Part shown: piece by piece, positions 1 to 10,471 of the stretch
Position numbering within the stretch: position 1 is the stretch's first letter
Layout: each line of letters opens with the position of its first letter
Assembly: GCA_021157895.1 (NCBI GenBank)
Contig: JAGGVQ010000017.1
Coordinates: forward strand, 32,395 to 96,394
Direction of reading: 5' to 3'
Source of the DNA: Dehalococcoidia bacterium
GTDB lineage: Bacteria; Chloroflexota; Dehalococcoidia; GIF9; AB-539-J10
Length of the DNA stretch: 64,000 nucleotides
Translations under genes and position numbers: made by a program
Notes under the pieces: model-generated
The model's database searches: none
What the model was told of the DNA's origin: nothing
What the model saw: the letters and a program-made list of their open reading frames with translations, nothing else

Positions 1-28
1 CATGCTCAGTGAGAAGAAGGGATGAATT

Positions 29-805
29 GTGTACAGGCTTATTGATACACATGCGCATCTGGATGAGGTAGAGGAACTCGAAGTTGCTATTGAGCAGGCT
101 AGGAAGGCTGGTGTTATTGCTGTGGTAGCTGTGGGGTCGGATTATCGTTCCAACGAAATGATAATAGGCATTTCTCAACGATATTGCCCCTTTGTTTATC
201 CTGCTCTGGGGATGCATCCGGGGAATCTAGCTGGTCTTGAACCATCTGAGATTGATGATAACTTGCGGTTTTTGGAGCAGAACATTGATGCTGTAGTTGC
301 AGTTGGAGAGGTAGGCTTGGATTATGATAAGAGAATACGGAAGGGCGTGTCAAAGGGATTGCAGCAAGATGTTTTGAGGAGCATATTGGCCATAGCCCGA
401 GATCATTCCAAGCCAGTGATAATTCATAGCCGTTATGCTTGGGATGATGCCTTTCGATTGGTTCGCGATGAAGGAATAGAGAAGGCCGTGTTCCACTGGT
501 TCACTGGCCCCTCAGGAACCCTGAGAGACATAGTAGCTGCGGGCTATTTTGTTTCTGCCACTCCGGCGGTTGAGTATCATGCGGAACATAGAAGAGCTAT
601 GTGCGAAGTGCCCCTTGATAATTTGCTTTTGGAGACGGATAGTCCTGTCGCTTATGGCAGGGAGATTCGGTATGAGGCTCGTCCTGCTGATGTCTTGAGG
701 AGTCTTGATGCGGTAGCGCAGCTAAAGGGGATGGCCAACGCCACGGTTGCTGAGCAAACGACAAAGCATGCTATTGCTTTTTTTGCTCTGGATATCGTGT
801 TCTGA
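29..805 (+). CDS. TatD-family metal-dependent hydrolase
   Basis: GTG start. N-terminal IDTHAHLD metal-binding motif. 258 aa, typical TatD length, with the later HS/HW/ETDSP motifs. Confidence 0.85.
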   Translation: MYRLIDTHAHLDEVEELEVAIEQARKAGVIAVVAVGSDYRSNEMIIGISQRYCPFVYPALGMHPGNLAGLEPSEIDDNLRFLEQNIDAVVAVGEVGLDYDKRIRKGVSKGLQQDVLRSILAIARDHSKPVIIHSRYAWDDAFRLVRDEGIEKAVFHWFTGPSGTLRDIVAAGYFVSATPAVEYHAEHRRAMCEVPLDNLLLETDSPVAYGREIRYEARPADVLRSLDAVAQLKGMANATVAEQTTKHAIAFFALDIVF

Positions 806-824
806 TATAGAGGAGGAATGAACA

Positions 825-1145
825 ATGCTATCATCTTTGACAGGTGAAGATAAGTTTCAGAATAACGTCCTGAAGTCGGGGATCCCGGTTTTAGTAGATT
901 TTTGGGCCAAGTGGTGTTCTCCGTGCCTGGCTGCTGAGCCCATGTTAGAAGAGCTTTCTAGAGAGTACCGTGGCAGGGCAAAGTTCACTAAAGTGAATGT
1001 TGAAGAAAATACCCCCATCGCTGCCAGATATGGGATTTCTTCACTTCCTAGTATGCTTATATTTAAAAATGGCCAACCTATCAGACAGATTGTCGGCCTC
1101 AAGACAAAGGTAGGGATCAGGAAGACTCTCGATAGTATATTATAG
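825..1145 (+). CDS. trxA: Thioredoxin with atypical WCSPC active site
   Basis: 106 aa. FWAKWCSPC redox motif, thioredoxin-fold length, cis-Pro region SLPS. GAGGAGGA SD at 809-816. Confidence 0.85.
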   Translation: MLSSLTGEDKFQNNVLKSGIPVLVDFWAKWCSPCLAAEPMLEELSREYRGRAKFTKVNVEENTPIAARYGISSLPSMLIFKNGQPIRQIVGLKTKVGIRKTLDSIL

Positions 1146-1161
1146 CTTAGGAATATTACTG

Positions 1162-1650
1162 TTAGACAAAAAAGTTATTGATGAAATTGAATTCATCAGG
1201 TAGCAGCGCTAGTAGCAAGGGAAACTGTTCTATTAGTATCTTTGCCAATGTAGATTGTGAGATGATTCCTGCTGTACTTGGTATATATTTAGCTACGGCA
1301 GCGAGTATGGCGGCGAATAGAATGCTTCCTGCCCCAATGCCGAGAATAAACCCGATAATTCTATCTGCTAAGCCGAGCGGGGTCATACTGGCGAGCCGAG
1401 CGATGAGCCATCCCAGCAAACTGGCTACAACCACAGTGGCTACTATGATAATGGCGAAAGCCGCTATGTTAGACCAGTCAGCGCCGCTGGGAGATAGTAG
1501 TACTGCCAGTGGCTGGTAGTAGTGGCCTGCCAGGAATATACCTGCTATTAGTCCGCCGAAACCAAAGACTGATCTGATTATCCCGTTCCGTAAACCCAAG
1601 AGACCAAAAAAGATGGCAATAATAATAATAGCAATATCCAACCAGTTCAT
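1162..1650 (-). CDS. cvpA: CvpA-family membrane protein
   Basis: Start trimmed to the internal ATG (MNWLDIAIIII...), which is preceded by GGAGGT at 1655-1660. Four hydrophobic segments typical of the colicin V production family. Confidence 0.7.
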   Translation of the reverse strand: MNWLDIAIIIIAIFFGLLGLRNGIIRSVFGFGGLIAGIFLAGHYYQPLAVLLSPSGADWSNIAAFAIIIVATVVVASLLGWLIARLASMTPLGLADRIIGFILGIGAGSILFAAILAAVAKYIPSTAGIISQSTLAKILIEQFPLLLALLPDEFNFINNFFV

Positions 1651-1961
1651 ATTTACCTCCACAGCCTGTGATAAGAGGGATAAACTTTCTGTTAATATAG
1701 TATAGCGTGCTGTGGGTCTATATTTAAAGAGTTCCGGTATTCCTTCATAGTTTTGCAAGTGGTTGTAGTAATTTGGCTGTAGTGTCAGTCATAGCCTAAA
1801 GCATGTCCAAACGCCTGAACCCATCAAGGGGTAGGAAAACGATGATGGTTATGTTCTTATCTGGCGGGCTGTCTATGGATAAGTGTAGACAATAAAACTA
1901 CCTTTAATGTACACTGCAAAGGTAGGATCAGTCATACTCTATTTCACTTGGTGGATGATTA

Positions 1962-3044
1962 GTGCAGGCGATTATTCTTGTTGGGGGTAAGGGAACGAGA
2001 TTACGTCCTCTAACCTGTAATATTCCCAAGGCAATTGTACCTGTATTGAATCGGCCTTTCTTGGAACATTTGCTGCGTTATCTGGGTAAACATGGGATTC
2101 GGGATATTGTTCTTGCTATGGGTTATCTTCCTACCTCTATTCGAGATTGCCTGGGTGATGGTAGTCAGCTTGATGTTCACCTAACCTATGTTGTGGAGGA
2201 ATCGCCTCTGGGGACGGCGGGAGCTGTGAAGAATATGGAGTCATTATTGCAGGGAGCATTTGTCGTACTCAACGGGGATATTCTTACAGAGATAGACCTC
2301 ACTGATATGATTGGCCGCCATCGCAAAGTTATGCCGCGAGTGACTATGGCCTTAACGCCGGTTGAAGATCCAACCATGTATGGCGTGGTGGAAACCAGCG
2401 AGCAGGGGCTGGTAACATGCTTTGTGGAGAAGCCAGGCTGGGGGCAAGTGGCCACGAATATGATCAATGCCGGCATCTATATACTGGACTCAGATATACT
2501 GGCGGAGATTCCTGCTGCTACACCATATATGTTCGAACAGGATGTGTTTCCGGCACTGCTCCGGAGGGGGGATCCCATACTGGCTTATCCCTCTGATGCC
2601 TGTTGGGTTGATATTGGCACCACAGGGAACTACTTGAAGGCACATCATGACTTGTTAGCAAAACAACATGGACACGAGATTGTTGTTGCAGGAGGGGCTC
2701 ATATTGATGCCACAGCGCAGATTAAAGGTCCTGTTCTGGTTGGTGCTGGCTCTTGGATAGGGGAAAATGCAATGATTGTTGGACCTGCTGTACTTGGTTC
2801 ATATTGTAGCATTGCTCATGATGTGGTTATCGATGGAGCACTGCTGTGGGATGGAGTAACTGTTGCTGAAGGTGCTTGTTTGCACAACTGTGTTATTGGC
2901 TCCTCCGTTCGTGTCGAAGCTGCTTGTGATATAGCTGATGGTTGTGTCCTGGGTGACCATGTTGTAATCCAGCAGGGGAGCAGGTTGCCTCCAGATACGA
3001 GAATATGGCCTGATGGCTGTGTAAATTCAGACAGGGAAATCTAG
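1962..3044 (+). CDS. Sugar-1-phosphate nucleotidyltransferase (mannose-1-P guanylyl / NDP-sugar pyrophosphorylase-like) with C-terminal left-handed beta-helix
   Basis: GTG start after GGTGGA. LVGGKGTRLRPLT signature. C-terminal hexapeptide-like repeats. Confidence 0.8.
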   Translation: MQAIILVGGKGTRLRPLTCNIPKAIVPVLNRPFLEHLLRYLGKHGIRDIVLAMGYLPTSIRDCLGDGSQLDVHLTYVVEESPLGTAGAVKNMESLLQGAFVVLNGDILTEIDLTDMIGRHRKVMPRVTMALTPVEDPTMYGVVETSEQGLVTCFVEKPGWGQVATNMINAGIYILDSDILAEIPAATPYMFEQDVFPALLRRGDPILAYPSDACWVDIGTTGNYLKAHHDLLAKQHGHEIVVAGGAHIDATAQIKGPVLVGAGSWIGENAMIVGPAVLGSYCSIAHDVVIDGALLWDGVTVAEGACLHNCVIGSSVRVEAACDIADGCVLGDHVVIQQGSRLPPDTRIWPDGCVNSDREI

Positions 3045-3081
3045 TCCCAGAATCCCGAAAGGAGGATTCAAGTGATTGGTT

Positions 3082-4608
3082 TCAATGTCTGAAATGTCGA
3101 GTCCCGGTAAATACCATGGCCATCTTGTGCTGATTCACTACTTTAATCACCTTGTTGTCTCTGATAGATCCCCCTGGTTGAATGATAGCAGTTATCCCTT
3201 TAGCAGCTGCCAGTTCTGGGCCATCGGGGAAGGGGAAGAAGGCATCGGAAGCCAGAACAGCACCTTGGGCTCTATCGCCGGCAATCTTCAAGGCTATTTC
3301 CACGCTGGCTACACGGCTGGGCTGTCCTGCGCCTATGCCCAGCAATGTTTGCCCCTTGGCAATGGTGATGGCGTTGGATTTAACCCCTTTTACTACCTTC
3401 CATGCAAAGCGTAGGGCTGAAAGCTCTGTTTCGGTGGGCTCACGATCACTGACGACACGGGGATTGAAGTCGGATTCGGTGAAGAAGTCTGGTATTTGTG
3501 CTAGGAAGCCCCCATTGATATGGCGAAATTCCAATTGGTCTTCGCTGGCAGCATTATCTACAGGCAGTTTAATCAGACGCAGGTTCTTTTTCCGTCCCAG
3601 CAATTGCAGAGACAGGTCGTGATATCCTGGTGCTACGATTGCGTCGAAGTGCGTTTTGTTTATTTCCTCTGCTGTATCTGGGTCGATGACTCTATTGCTG
3701 GCAATCACTCCGCCAAAGGCAGCCACGGGGTCTCCGGAGAGTGCTCCCAAGTAGGCTTGTGCTAGGTTATTATGACTGGAGAGTCCACAGGAATTGTTGT
3801 GTTTCAGTATGGCTATTGTGGGAACAGTGAAGTTCTTGAGAATGTTTATTGCGGCATCAATATCGAGTAAATTGGTGAAGGATATTTCTGGCCCGTTGAG
3901 TTGTTCTAACTTTGCTAAGATGCTTTGCGGTGAGTTTACATTCTGTTCCAGGTACAGGCTTGCTTTTTGATGTGGATTCTCTCCGTAGCGCAGCATGCGG
4001 TCTTTCTTTAGTGCAATGGTCATTTCTTGGGGGAATTTTTCTTGGCGGAGGTATTGTGAGATAGCTGTATCATATATTGCCACATGCTGGAATGCTTTCT
4101 GGGCCAAGTTTTTTCTTGTATCTAGATCTATGTTCCCTTGTTTCAGCTTTTTGAGCACTGCGTCGTAGTCTTTGGGGTCCACGATTACAGTGATGGCGGA
4201 GAAGTTTTTGGCTGCTGAACGAATCAAGGTTGGGCCACCAATATCGATGTTTTCCAATGCTTCATCTAGGGAAACTTGGCCCTTACTTACCGTTTCTATA
4301 AATGGGTAGAGGTTTACCACCACGATATCGATGAGACTAATGTGATGTTGTGCCAGTGCGGCCAGGTGTTGAGAGTTGTCTCTCCGCGCCAGGATCCCAC
4401 CATGAATTGCTGGATGTAACGTTTTAACCCTGCCATCGAGGATTTCGGGAAAGCCGGTAAGTTCTGTGATGCTGTGTACATTGATATTTACTGCTTCCAA
4501 TGCTTTTTTAGTTCCACCTGTGCTGAATACCTCGATGCCTAGATCCTGTAAACCCTGGGCAAACTGAGCTATACCCGCTTTATTGGATATGCTAATGATG
4601 GCTTTCAT
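3082..4608 (-). CDS. purH: Bifunctional AICAR transformylase / IMP cyclohydrolase
   Basis: Start moved to MKAIISISNK (MGS-like domain), with an SD just upstream. C-terminal QPGGSIRD motif. The 5' extension in the ORF track overlaps purM. Confidence 0.9.
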   Translation of the reverse strand: MKAIISISNKAGIAQFAQGLQDLGIEVFSTGGTKKALEAVNINVHSITELTGFPEILDGRVKTLHPAIHGGILARRDNSQHLAALAQHHISLIDIVVVNLYPFIETVSKGQVSLDEALENIDIGGPTLIRSAAKNFSAITVIVDPKDYDAVLKKLKQGNIDLDTRKNLAQKAFQHVAIYDTAISQYLRQEKFPQEMTIALKKDRMLRYGENPHQKASLYLEQNVNSPQSILAKLEQLNGPEISFTNLLDIDAAINILKNFTVPTIAILKHNNSCGLSSHNNLAQAYLGALSGDPVAAFGGVIASNRVIDPDTAEEINKTHFDAIVAPGYHDLSLQLLGRKKNLRLIKLPVDNAASEDQLEFRHINGGFLAQIPDFFTESDFNPRVVSDREPTETELSALRFAWKVVKGVKSNAITIAKGQTLLGIGAGQPSRVASVEIALKIAGDRAQGAVLASDAFFPFPDGPELAAAKGITAIIQPGGSIRDNKVIKVVNQHKMAMVFTGTRHFRH

Positions 4609-4619
4609 TTTCTCTCTCC

Positions 4620-5639
4620 TTAATCTATGATGACTGGCTCTATTTTCTTCCTGTTGGTTATCTCCCCAATGACTTTGGCTTGAGGTAAAGCTTGGGTCAA
4701 TCTCTTGGCTTGTTCTGGGGAGCATACGATGGTCATTCCAATTCCCATGTTGAATACTTGGTACATTTCAGACTCATTGATATTTCCCTGTCTCTGGATG
4801 AGTCGGAATAATGCGGGCACATCCCATGTGCCTTTATATATATGGGCTGCGAGATCCTGAGGCAGGATGCGAGATATATTTCCGGGGAAGCCCCCACCAG
4901 TGATATGAGCTATACCGTGGACAAAGGATAGTAGAGGCTTAAGCTCATGGTAATAACAATGATGGATTTTAAGCAGGGCTTCGCCCAAACTAATACCTAA
5001 CTCGGGGTAAATTTTGTTTAGAGAAGAGGGATTATTCTCTACGTGGAAAACTTTTCTAACCAATGAGTAGCCGTTGGTATGCAATCCGGAGGATGGTAGT
5101 CCAAGGATTATATCGCCGTATCTGATAGAACTGCCATCGATGATGTTTTTCTTCTCCACGACCCCGACGATAAATCCAGCTATGTCATAGCTCCCTCTGG
5201 GATAAGTTCCTGGCATTTCAGCTGTTTCACCGCCAATAAGGCTGCAGGGGACATCCCTGCACGCTTGAGCCATGCCGGTAATAATAGCTTCTATTTGCTG
5301 GGGTGCTAGTTTCCCCATAGCGATGTAGTCGAGGAAGAACAAAGGCTCAGCCCCACAACATAGGATATCGTTGACGCTGTGGTTGACAATGTCGGCACCC
5401 ACAGAGTTATGCCTGTCCAGTAGCGAGGCTATTTGGAGTTTGGTGCCGACCCCGTCAGCACTGGAGACCAGCACGGGCTTTTGATATTCCTTTAGTTGAA
5501 ACATGCTGCCAAAGAATCCTGATCCGATGACCTCAGGCCCAAAAGTAGATTTAGTCTGTTGTCCAATAAATTGCCCGATGCGCTCTGCTTGCTGGAGGTC
5601 GACGCCAGCCTGGGCGTAGGCTTTAGCTGCTGATTTCAC
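4620..5639 (-). CDS. purM: Phosphoribosylformylglycinamidine cyclo-ligase (AIR synthetase)
   Basis: GTG start. AYAQAGVD N-terminus and DGVGTK motif. 339 aa. Confidence 0.9.
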   Translation of the reverse strand: MKSAAKAYAQAGVDLQQAERIGQFIGQQTKSTFGPEVIGSGFFGSMFQLKEYQKPVLVSSADGVGTKLQIASLLDRHNSVGADIVNHSVNDILCCGAEPLFFLDYIAMGKLAPQQIEAIITGMAQACRDVPCSLIGGETAEMPGTYPRGSYDIAGFIVGVVEKKNIIDGSSIRYGDIILGLPSSGLHTNGYSLVRKVFHVENNPSSLNKIYPELGISLGEALLKIHHCYYHELKPLLSFVHGIAHITGGGFPGNISRILPQDLAAHIYKGTWDVPALFRLIQRQGNINESEMYQVFNMGIGMTIVCSPEQAKRLTQALPQAKVIGEITNRKKIEPVIID

Positions 5640-7035
5640 TGAATTCCTTGAGTTCTGATGTCTCTAGGGATAATTTATCCATCTCGATCTGTATGGGAAT
5701 GGGGTACTCTCCAGTGAAGCAAGCCAGGCAGAAGATATCTTTGGGCAGGCCGATGGCGCGGACCAAGTTTTTCACGCTGAGGAAACCCAGAGAATCAGCA
5801 CCAACATAATCCCTAATTTCGGGGATGGTTTTGTTAGCTGCGATGAGCTCCCATTTCCGTGCCATGTCCACGCCAAAAAAGCAGGGATAGCGAATCGGTG
5901 GAGCACAGATGCGCAGGTGCACTTCTGCAGCACCATCTTTCTTTAGCAGACTAACCACATGAGGGGTGGTGGTGCCTCTAACGATACTATCATCCACTAC
6001 AACCAGCCTCTTACCAGCAATTATCTCCGTGAGGGGATTAAATTTTAGCTGTACCCCGAGGTCTCGTAAGTGCTGGTTGGGCTCAATAAATGTTCGCCCT
6101 ACATATCTGTTCTTGAGTAATCCCTCGGCATAAGGAATACCCGATGCATGGGAGTAACCGATGCCGGCGGAGGTGGCGGAATCTGGCACACCGATGACTA
6201 GGTCAGCGTCCACAGGGTGTTCTTGAGCCAGCATTTCTCCCATAGCTTGTCTCGCTGAATATAATAACTTGCCCTGTATGATACTGTCAGGACGAGCAAA
6301 ATAGATATACTCGAAGATGCATAGTCCTTTTTTCTTACTTTCCTTGTAACTTGATTTCATTCCGTTCCTGTCAATGGTCAATATCTCTCCTGGCTGGACT
6401 TCCCTGAGGAACTGGGCTCCGATGTGATCCAGTGCACAGCTCTCTGAAGCGATGGCATAACCACCGTCTATCTTTCCTATACATAGAGGACGAACCCCCA
6501 GCGGATCACGCACGGCGATAAGCTTATTGCCAGTGAGAAGAGTCAGAGAATAGGCGCCCTGCAGGCGATTCATAGCGTATTTTATTTTCTCCTCGAGGCT
6601 TTTCCTTGAGGAGGATATAATGAGGTTTCCAATAACCTCTGAATCTGTGGACGTGTTGAAGTTATAACCCTGACTATACAGCTCATCATGTAGTATCTTG
6701 GAATTGGTGATGTTACCGTTGTGTGCTAGGGCTAGAGTCAGATTTGCTGATTTTACTACTATAGGCTGGGCGTTGGTTGGTTTACTTGAGCCTGTAGTAG
6801 AGTAACGGTTGTGTCCGATTCCAATATAACCATTTAGCTTGGCGAGATCATCCTCAGTAAATGCCTGTGATACAAGTCCAGCACCGGTATGCACATCTAT
6901 CCTGTTGTTGTTCGCGACAGCGATGCCGGCACTCTCCTGCCCACGGTGCTGTAGTGCAAACAGTGCAAAGAATATAAGCTTGCTTACATTCGTTTCCTGA
7001 GAGTAAAGTCCAAAGATGCCACAGCTCTCGTGCAT
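5623..7035 (-). CDS. purF: Amidophosphoribosyltransferase
   Basis: N-terminal CGIFG nucleophile. PRPP loop VVVDDSIVRGTT. C-terminal Cys ligands. Confidence 0.9.
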   Translation of the reverse strand: MHESCGIFGLYSQETNVSKLIFFALFALQHRGQESAGIAVANNNRIDVHTGAGLVSQAFTEDDLAKLNGYIGIGHNRYSTTGSSKPTNAQPIVVKSANLTLALAHNGNITNSKILHDELYSQGYNFNTSTDSEVIGNLIISSSRKSLEEKIKYAMNRLQGAYSLTLLTGNKLIAVRDPLGVRPLCIGKIDGGYAIASESCALDHIGAQFLREVQPGEILTIDRNGMKSSYKESKKKGLCIFEYIYFARPDSIIQGKLLYSARQAMGEMLAQEHPVDADLVIGVPDSATSAGIGYSHASGIPYAEGLLKNRYVGRTFIEPNQHLRDLGVQLKFNPLTEIIAGKRLVVVDDSIVRGTTTPHVVSLLKKDGAAEVHLRICAPPIRYPCFFGVDMARKWELIAANKTIPEIRDYVGADSLGFLSVKNLVRAIGLPKDIFCLACFTGEYPIPIQIEMDKLSLETSELKEFSEISS

Positions 7036-7069
7036 AAAAAACTACACTGGTTGCTTGATAACTTGTGGC

Positions 7070-7099
7070 ATTATAACCTTATTTTTCTCCAGGGGTCAA
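7070..7099 (-). promoter_or_regulatory. Putative sigma70-type promoter for purF-purM-purH
   Basis: On the minus strand: TTGACC, 18 nt spacer, TATAAT. It lies about 35 nt upstream of the purF ATG. No SD is visible. Confidence 0.5.
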
Positions 7100-7158
7100 T
7101 TTACTGCGATGACCAGGCCATGCCCAGACTGGTTTCTATGCAGTTGCTGCTTTTCCTG

Positions 7159-7167
7159 TGTTATAAT
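7159..7167 (+). promoter_or_regulatory. Putative extended -10 promoter (TGtTATAAT) for rpsO-pnp
   Basis: TGTTATAAT lies 29 nt upstream of the rpsO ATG. AAGGAG SD at 7185-7190. Confidence 0.4.
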
Positions 7168-7195
7168 GCTGCAATTGTTATCTTAAGGAGATCGT

Positions 7196-7462
7196 ATGTT
7201 AATCAAGGAAAGGAAACAGGAGATTACTTCACAATTTAGAATTAAAGAAGGAGATACGGGATCGGCTGATGTTCAGGTAGCCTTGCTTAGTGAGAGAATA
7301 CGTCAATTGACTGAGCATCTCAAGGTTAATCCTCATGATTACAGCTCCCGTCGCAGCCTGTTTAAGTTGATTGGGCGGCGCCGACGGTTTTTAGCTTATA
7401 TTGGCAGGGTTGATGTTGAGCGATATCAGTCCCTTATCTCTGTTTTGAAGTTGAGAAAATAG
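7196..7462 (+). CDS. rpsO: 30S ribosomal protein S15
   Basis: 88 aa. GDTGSADVQVALLSERIRQLTEHLK...SRRSL signature. Confidence 0.95.
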   Translation: MLIKERKQEITSQFRIKEGDTGSADVQVALLSERIRQLTEHLKVNPHDYSSRRSLFKLIGRRRRFLAYIGRVDVERYQSLISVLKLRK

Positions 7463-7463
7463 C

Positions 7464-9620
7464 ATGGTCAGATCTTTTGATAAGTTGATAGGGGACCGGC
7501 CTCTTAGTATCCAGGTTGGTAAGCTTGCTCAACAGGCTAATGGCTCCGTAGTTGTGCGTTATGGTGATACAATAGTGCTGGTTACTGCCTGTTGCAGCCC
7601 CGAGTCCAGGGAAAACCTCAGTTTTATTCCCCTTACAGTAGATTATGAGGAAAAGCTTTATGCTATAGGAAAGATACCAGGCAGTTTTATTCGGCGGGAG
7701 GGTAGGCCTACTGAACAGGCAGTGTTAGCTGACCGACTTATTGATCGTTCTCTACGGCCCTTGCTCTCCAAAGAATTTGGCAGGGAGGTTCAGGTAATAG
7801 TTACTGTCTTGTCTGCTGATCAGAAGAATGCTCCTGATGTTTGTGCCCTTATTGGTGCCTCGGCGGCGTTAACTATATCTGACATCCCTTTTGCCGGCCC
7901 GATATCAGCAGTGCGCATTGGATATCTAGATGGGGATTTTGTATTAAATCCTACCTTGCTTCAGGTAGAGGATAGTTTGATTGACCTGGTTGTAGCTAGC
8001 ACTGCACAGTCTATAGTTATGGTGGAGGCGGGAGCCAAAGAGGCCTCTGAGAAGATATTAATGGAGGCGATTAAGCTTGGCCATAAAGCCAATCAGGATA
8101 TCATCCAGCTTCAGAAAGAGTTACAGGAAAGTTGTGGCAAGCCCAAGTTGGAGATTGAGCCCAAGGATGTTGACTATCAGCTTGTTGCTGATGTTACCTC
8201 TGCTTTGGAGGGGAAGCTAGAGCAATCTCTGGCGCAATCAGATAGAATACAACGTGGACAAGCTGTCGGGTTGATCAGGAGCGAGCTTGTAAACCGGCTT
8301 GGTGAGACTTACCCTCAGGACGATATCATCCATGTTTTTGAATCGCAACTTAAGGCAGCTGCCCGGCAGAGGATATTGCAACAAAGACAACATTTGGATG
8401 GTCGTCAGGCAGGGGAAATCCGCCCTATCAGCAGTGAGGTCGGCCTTCTGCCTCGCACTCATGGTTCTGGCCTTTTCTCTCGTGGGCGGACTCAAGTGCT
8501 AACTATTGCGACTTTGGGCTCTGTGAGTAGGGAACAATTGTTGGATAATCTGGGTATAGCTGAGACTAAGCGTTTTATGCATCACTATAACTTTGCCCCT
8601 TTCTCCTCAGGTGAGGTCAGGCGTAGAGGGACTCCTGGCAGGAGGGAGATTGGGCATGGAGCTTTGGTGGAGCGAGCTATTATCCCTGTGTTGCCTGCTG
8701 AGTCTGACTTTCCCTATACTATAAGGTTGGTTTCTGAAGTACTTAGCTCCGATGGCAGTACGTCTATGGCCAGCACATGTGGAGCGACTCTTTCTCTCAT
8801 GGATGCCGGTGTGCCTATTAAGGCACCTGTGGCAGGCATAGCTATGGGATTAGTTGCTGGTGAAGATGGTGACTATGTTCTCCTCTCCGATATCGAGGGC
8901 ATTGAGGATGCCTATGGTGACATGGATTTTAAAATTACTGGCACTGCTCAAGGCATCACTGCTCTACAACTTGATATTAAGTTGAAGGGCATGGATAGTG
9001 ACATCTTGTCTGAAGCCTTGGACCAAGCTCGCCAGGTGCGTTTGGATATATTGGAGAAGATGTCACAGACTATTAGCCACAGTCGTCCTGAACTCAGTCC
9101 TCTTGCTCCGAGGATATATAGTTTGAGTATCGATCCCAGAAAGATTGGTATGGTTATTGGTCCTGGAGGCAGAACAATAAGATCCATTATTGATGAGACG
9201 AAATCTACCATAGATGTCAAAGATGATGGCACTGTATTAGTTGGTTCTCTAGATGAAGAGGGGGCACAGAAAGCAATCAGTAAAATTGAGTTGTTAATCA
9301 GAGAGGCTAAGATTGGTGATATCTACACAGGGAAGGTCACCCGTCTGCTGAATTTTGGAGCCATGGTGGAAATTCTGCCAGGAAAGGAAGGGCTAGTTCA
9401 TGTTAGTCAGATAGCTGACCATTATGTAGAGAAGGTCAGTGATGTGGTTAAGGTAGGTGATGAACTGACTGTTAAAGTCATTGAGATAGATGACTCAGGT
9501 AGAATAAATCTGTCGCGGAAGGCATTGTTTCATGAAAAGCCTTTGGGGGTTTCATCCCGGAGCAGAGGTTCTGCTACCTTCGGGCGTGGTGAGCATAAAG
9601 GAACTCGCCGATACAACTAG
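7464..9620 (+). CDS. pnp: Polyribonucleotide nucleotidyltransferase (PNPase)
   Basis: 718 aa. Two RNase PH-like halves (GRREIGHGALVERA), then KH and S1 domains at the C-terminus. Located downstream of rpsO. Confidence 0.95.
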   Translation: MVRSFDKLIGDRPLSIQVGKLAQQANGSVVVRYGDTIVLVTACCSPESRENLSFIPLTVDYEEKLYAIGKIPGSFIRREGRPTEQAVLADRLIDRSLRPLLSKEFGREVQVIVTVLSADQKNAPDVCALIGASAALTISDIPFAGPISAVRIGYLDGDFVLNPTLLQVEDSLIDLVVASTAQSIVMVEAGAKEASEKILMEAIKLGHKANQDIIQLQKELQESCGKPKLEIEPKDVDYQLVADVTSALEGKLEQSLAQSDRIQRGQAVGLIRSELVNRLGETYPQDDIIHVFESQLKAAARQRILQQRQHLDGRQAGEIRPISSEVGLLPRTHGSGLFSRGRTQVLTIATLGSVSREQLLDNLGIAETKRFMHHYNFAPFSSGEVRRRGTPGRREIGHGALVERAIIPVLPAESDFPYTIRLVSEVLSSDGSTSMASTCGATLSLMDAGVPIKAPVAGIAMGLVAGEDGDYVLLSDIEGIEDAYGDMDFKITGTAQGITALQLDIKLKGMDSDILSEALDQARQVRLDILEKMSQTISHSRPELSPLAPRIYSLSIDPRKIGMVIGPGGRTIRSIIDETKSTIDVKDDGTVLVGSLDEEGAQKAISKIELLIREAKIGDIYTGKVTRLLNFGAMVEILPGKEGLVHVSQIADHYVEKVSDVVKVGDELTVKVIEIDDSGRINLSRKALFHEKPLGVSSRSRGSATFGRGEHKGTRRYN

Positions 9621-9664
9621 GGAGACTATCGGCCTAAGTGAAATAAATTGATAGGGAAGTATGT

Positions 9665-10462
9665 ATGGAAGCGATAAGGGTTGTCATCCATGGTGCTCTG
9701 GGTAAGATGGGGCGACAGGTTATCGAAGCGGTGGATAGAGAGACAGAATTAAAGGTAGTTGGAGCTGTAGAGAAGAGAGTAACTCAGCAGTATCTTGCCC
9801 TGCCTAGTACCTCGGAGTTAGTGCCATTTTCCTCTGATCTGAGCTTCATTCTAGGGAGTTGTCGTCCTGATGTTGTAGTAGATTTTACCAATGCTGAGAC
9901 TGCTATGTCGGCTGTCAGGATAACAGCGAGGAGACAGGTCAATCTGGTTGTTGGCACTAGCGGGCTCTCTCAGGATAATCTGGATGAAATCGCTGAGTTG
10001 TGCCGGGATAATGGTATAGCAGCTCTTGTTGTGCCTAATTTCTCCTTGGGATCCGTGCTGTTGATGAATTTTGCCAGGGTGGCCGCCAAGTTTTTCTCTC
10101 ATGTAGAGATTGTGGAGATGCATCACGATAAAAAAATTGATGCTCCCTCAGGAACAGCTATAGCTACTGCTAAGGCTATGCTTGAAGCGCGCGGGGAATC
10201 CTTTATTTATCCTCGAACGGAAAAAGAGGTGCTTGCCAATGCTCGTGGAGGGCAGATGGGGGGCATCGCTATTCATAGCTTGAGGTTGCCGGGATTTGTG
10301 GCAGGGCAAGAAGTTATCTTTAGTGGAGCAGGGCAAACTCTAAGCCTGCACCATGAGGCTGTAAATCGGGAATCTTACATGCCTGGTGTTGTTCTTGCTA
10401 TTAAAGAAGCAGTTAAGCGTAAGGGGTTGATTTATGGATTGCATACGCTGTTGGATTTATGA
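9665..10462 (+). CDS. dapB: 4-hydroxy-tetrahydrodipicolinate reductase
   Basis: GALGKMG dinucleotide fold. EMHHDKKIDAPSGTA signature. Confidence 0.9.
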   Translation: MEAIRVVIHGALGKMGRQVIEAVDRETELKVVGAVEKRVTQQYLALPSTSELVPFSSDLSFILGSCRPDVVVDFTNAETAMSAVRITARRQVNLVVGTSGLSQDNLDEIAELCRDNGIAALVVPNFSLGSVLLMNFARVAAKFFSHVEIVEMHHDKKIDAPSGTAIATAKAMLEARGESFIYPRTEKEVLANARGGQMGGIAIHSLRLPGFVAGQEVIFSGAGQTLSLHHEAVNRESYMPGVVLAIKEAVKRKGLIYGLHTLLDL

Positions 10463-10471
10463 TGGAAGGAG

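Noticed and set aside
3050-3069. Hairpin GAATCC-8nt-GGATTC between the convergent nucleotidyltransferase gene and purH.
   Set aside because: Only 6 bp with no flanking U tract on either strand, so there is not enough to call a bidirectional terminator.
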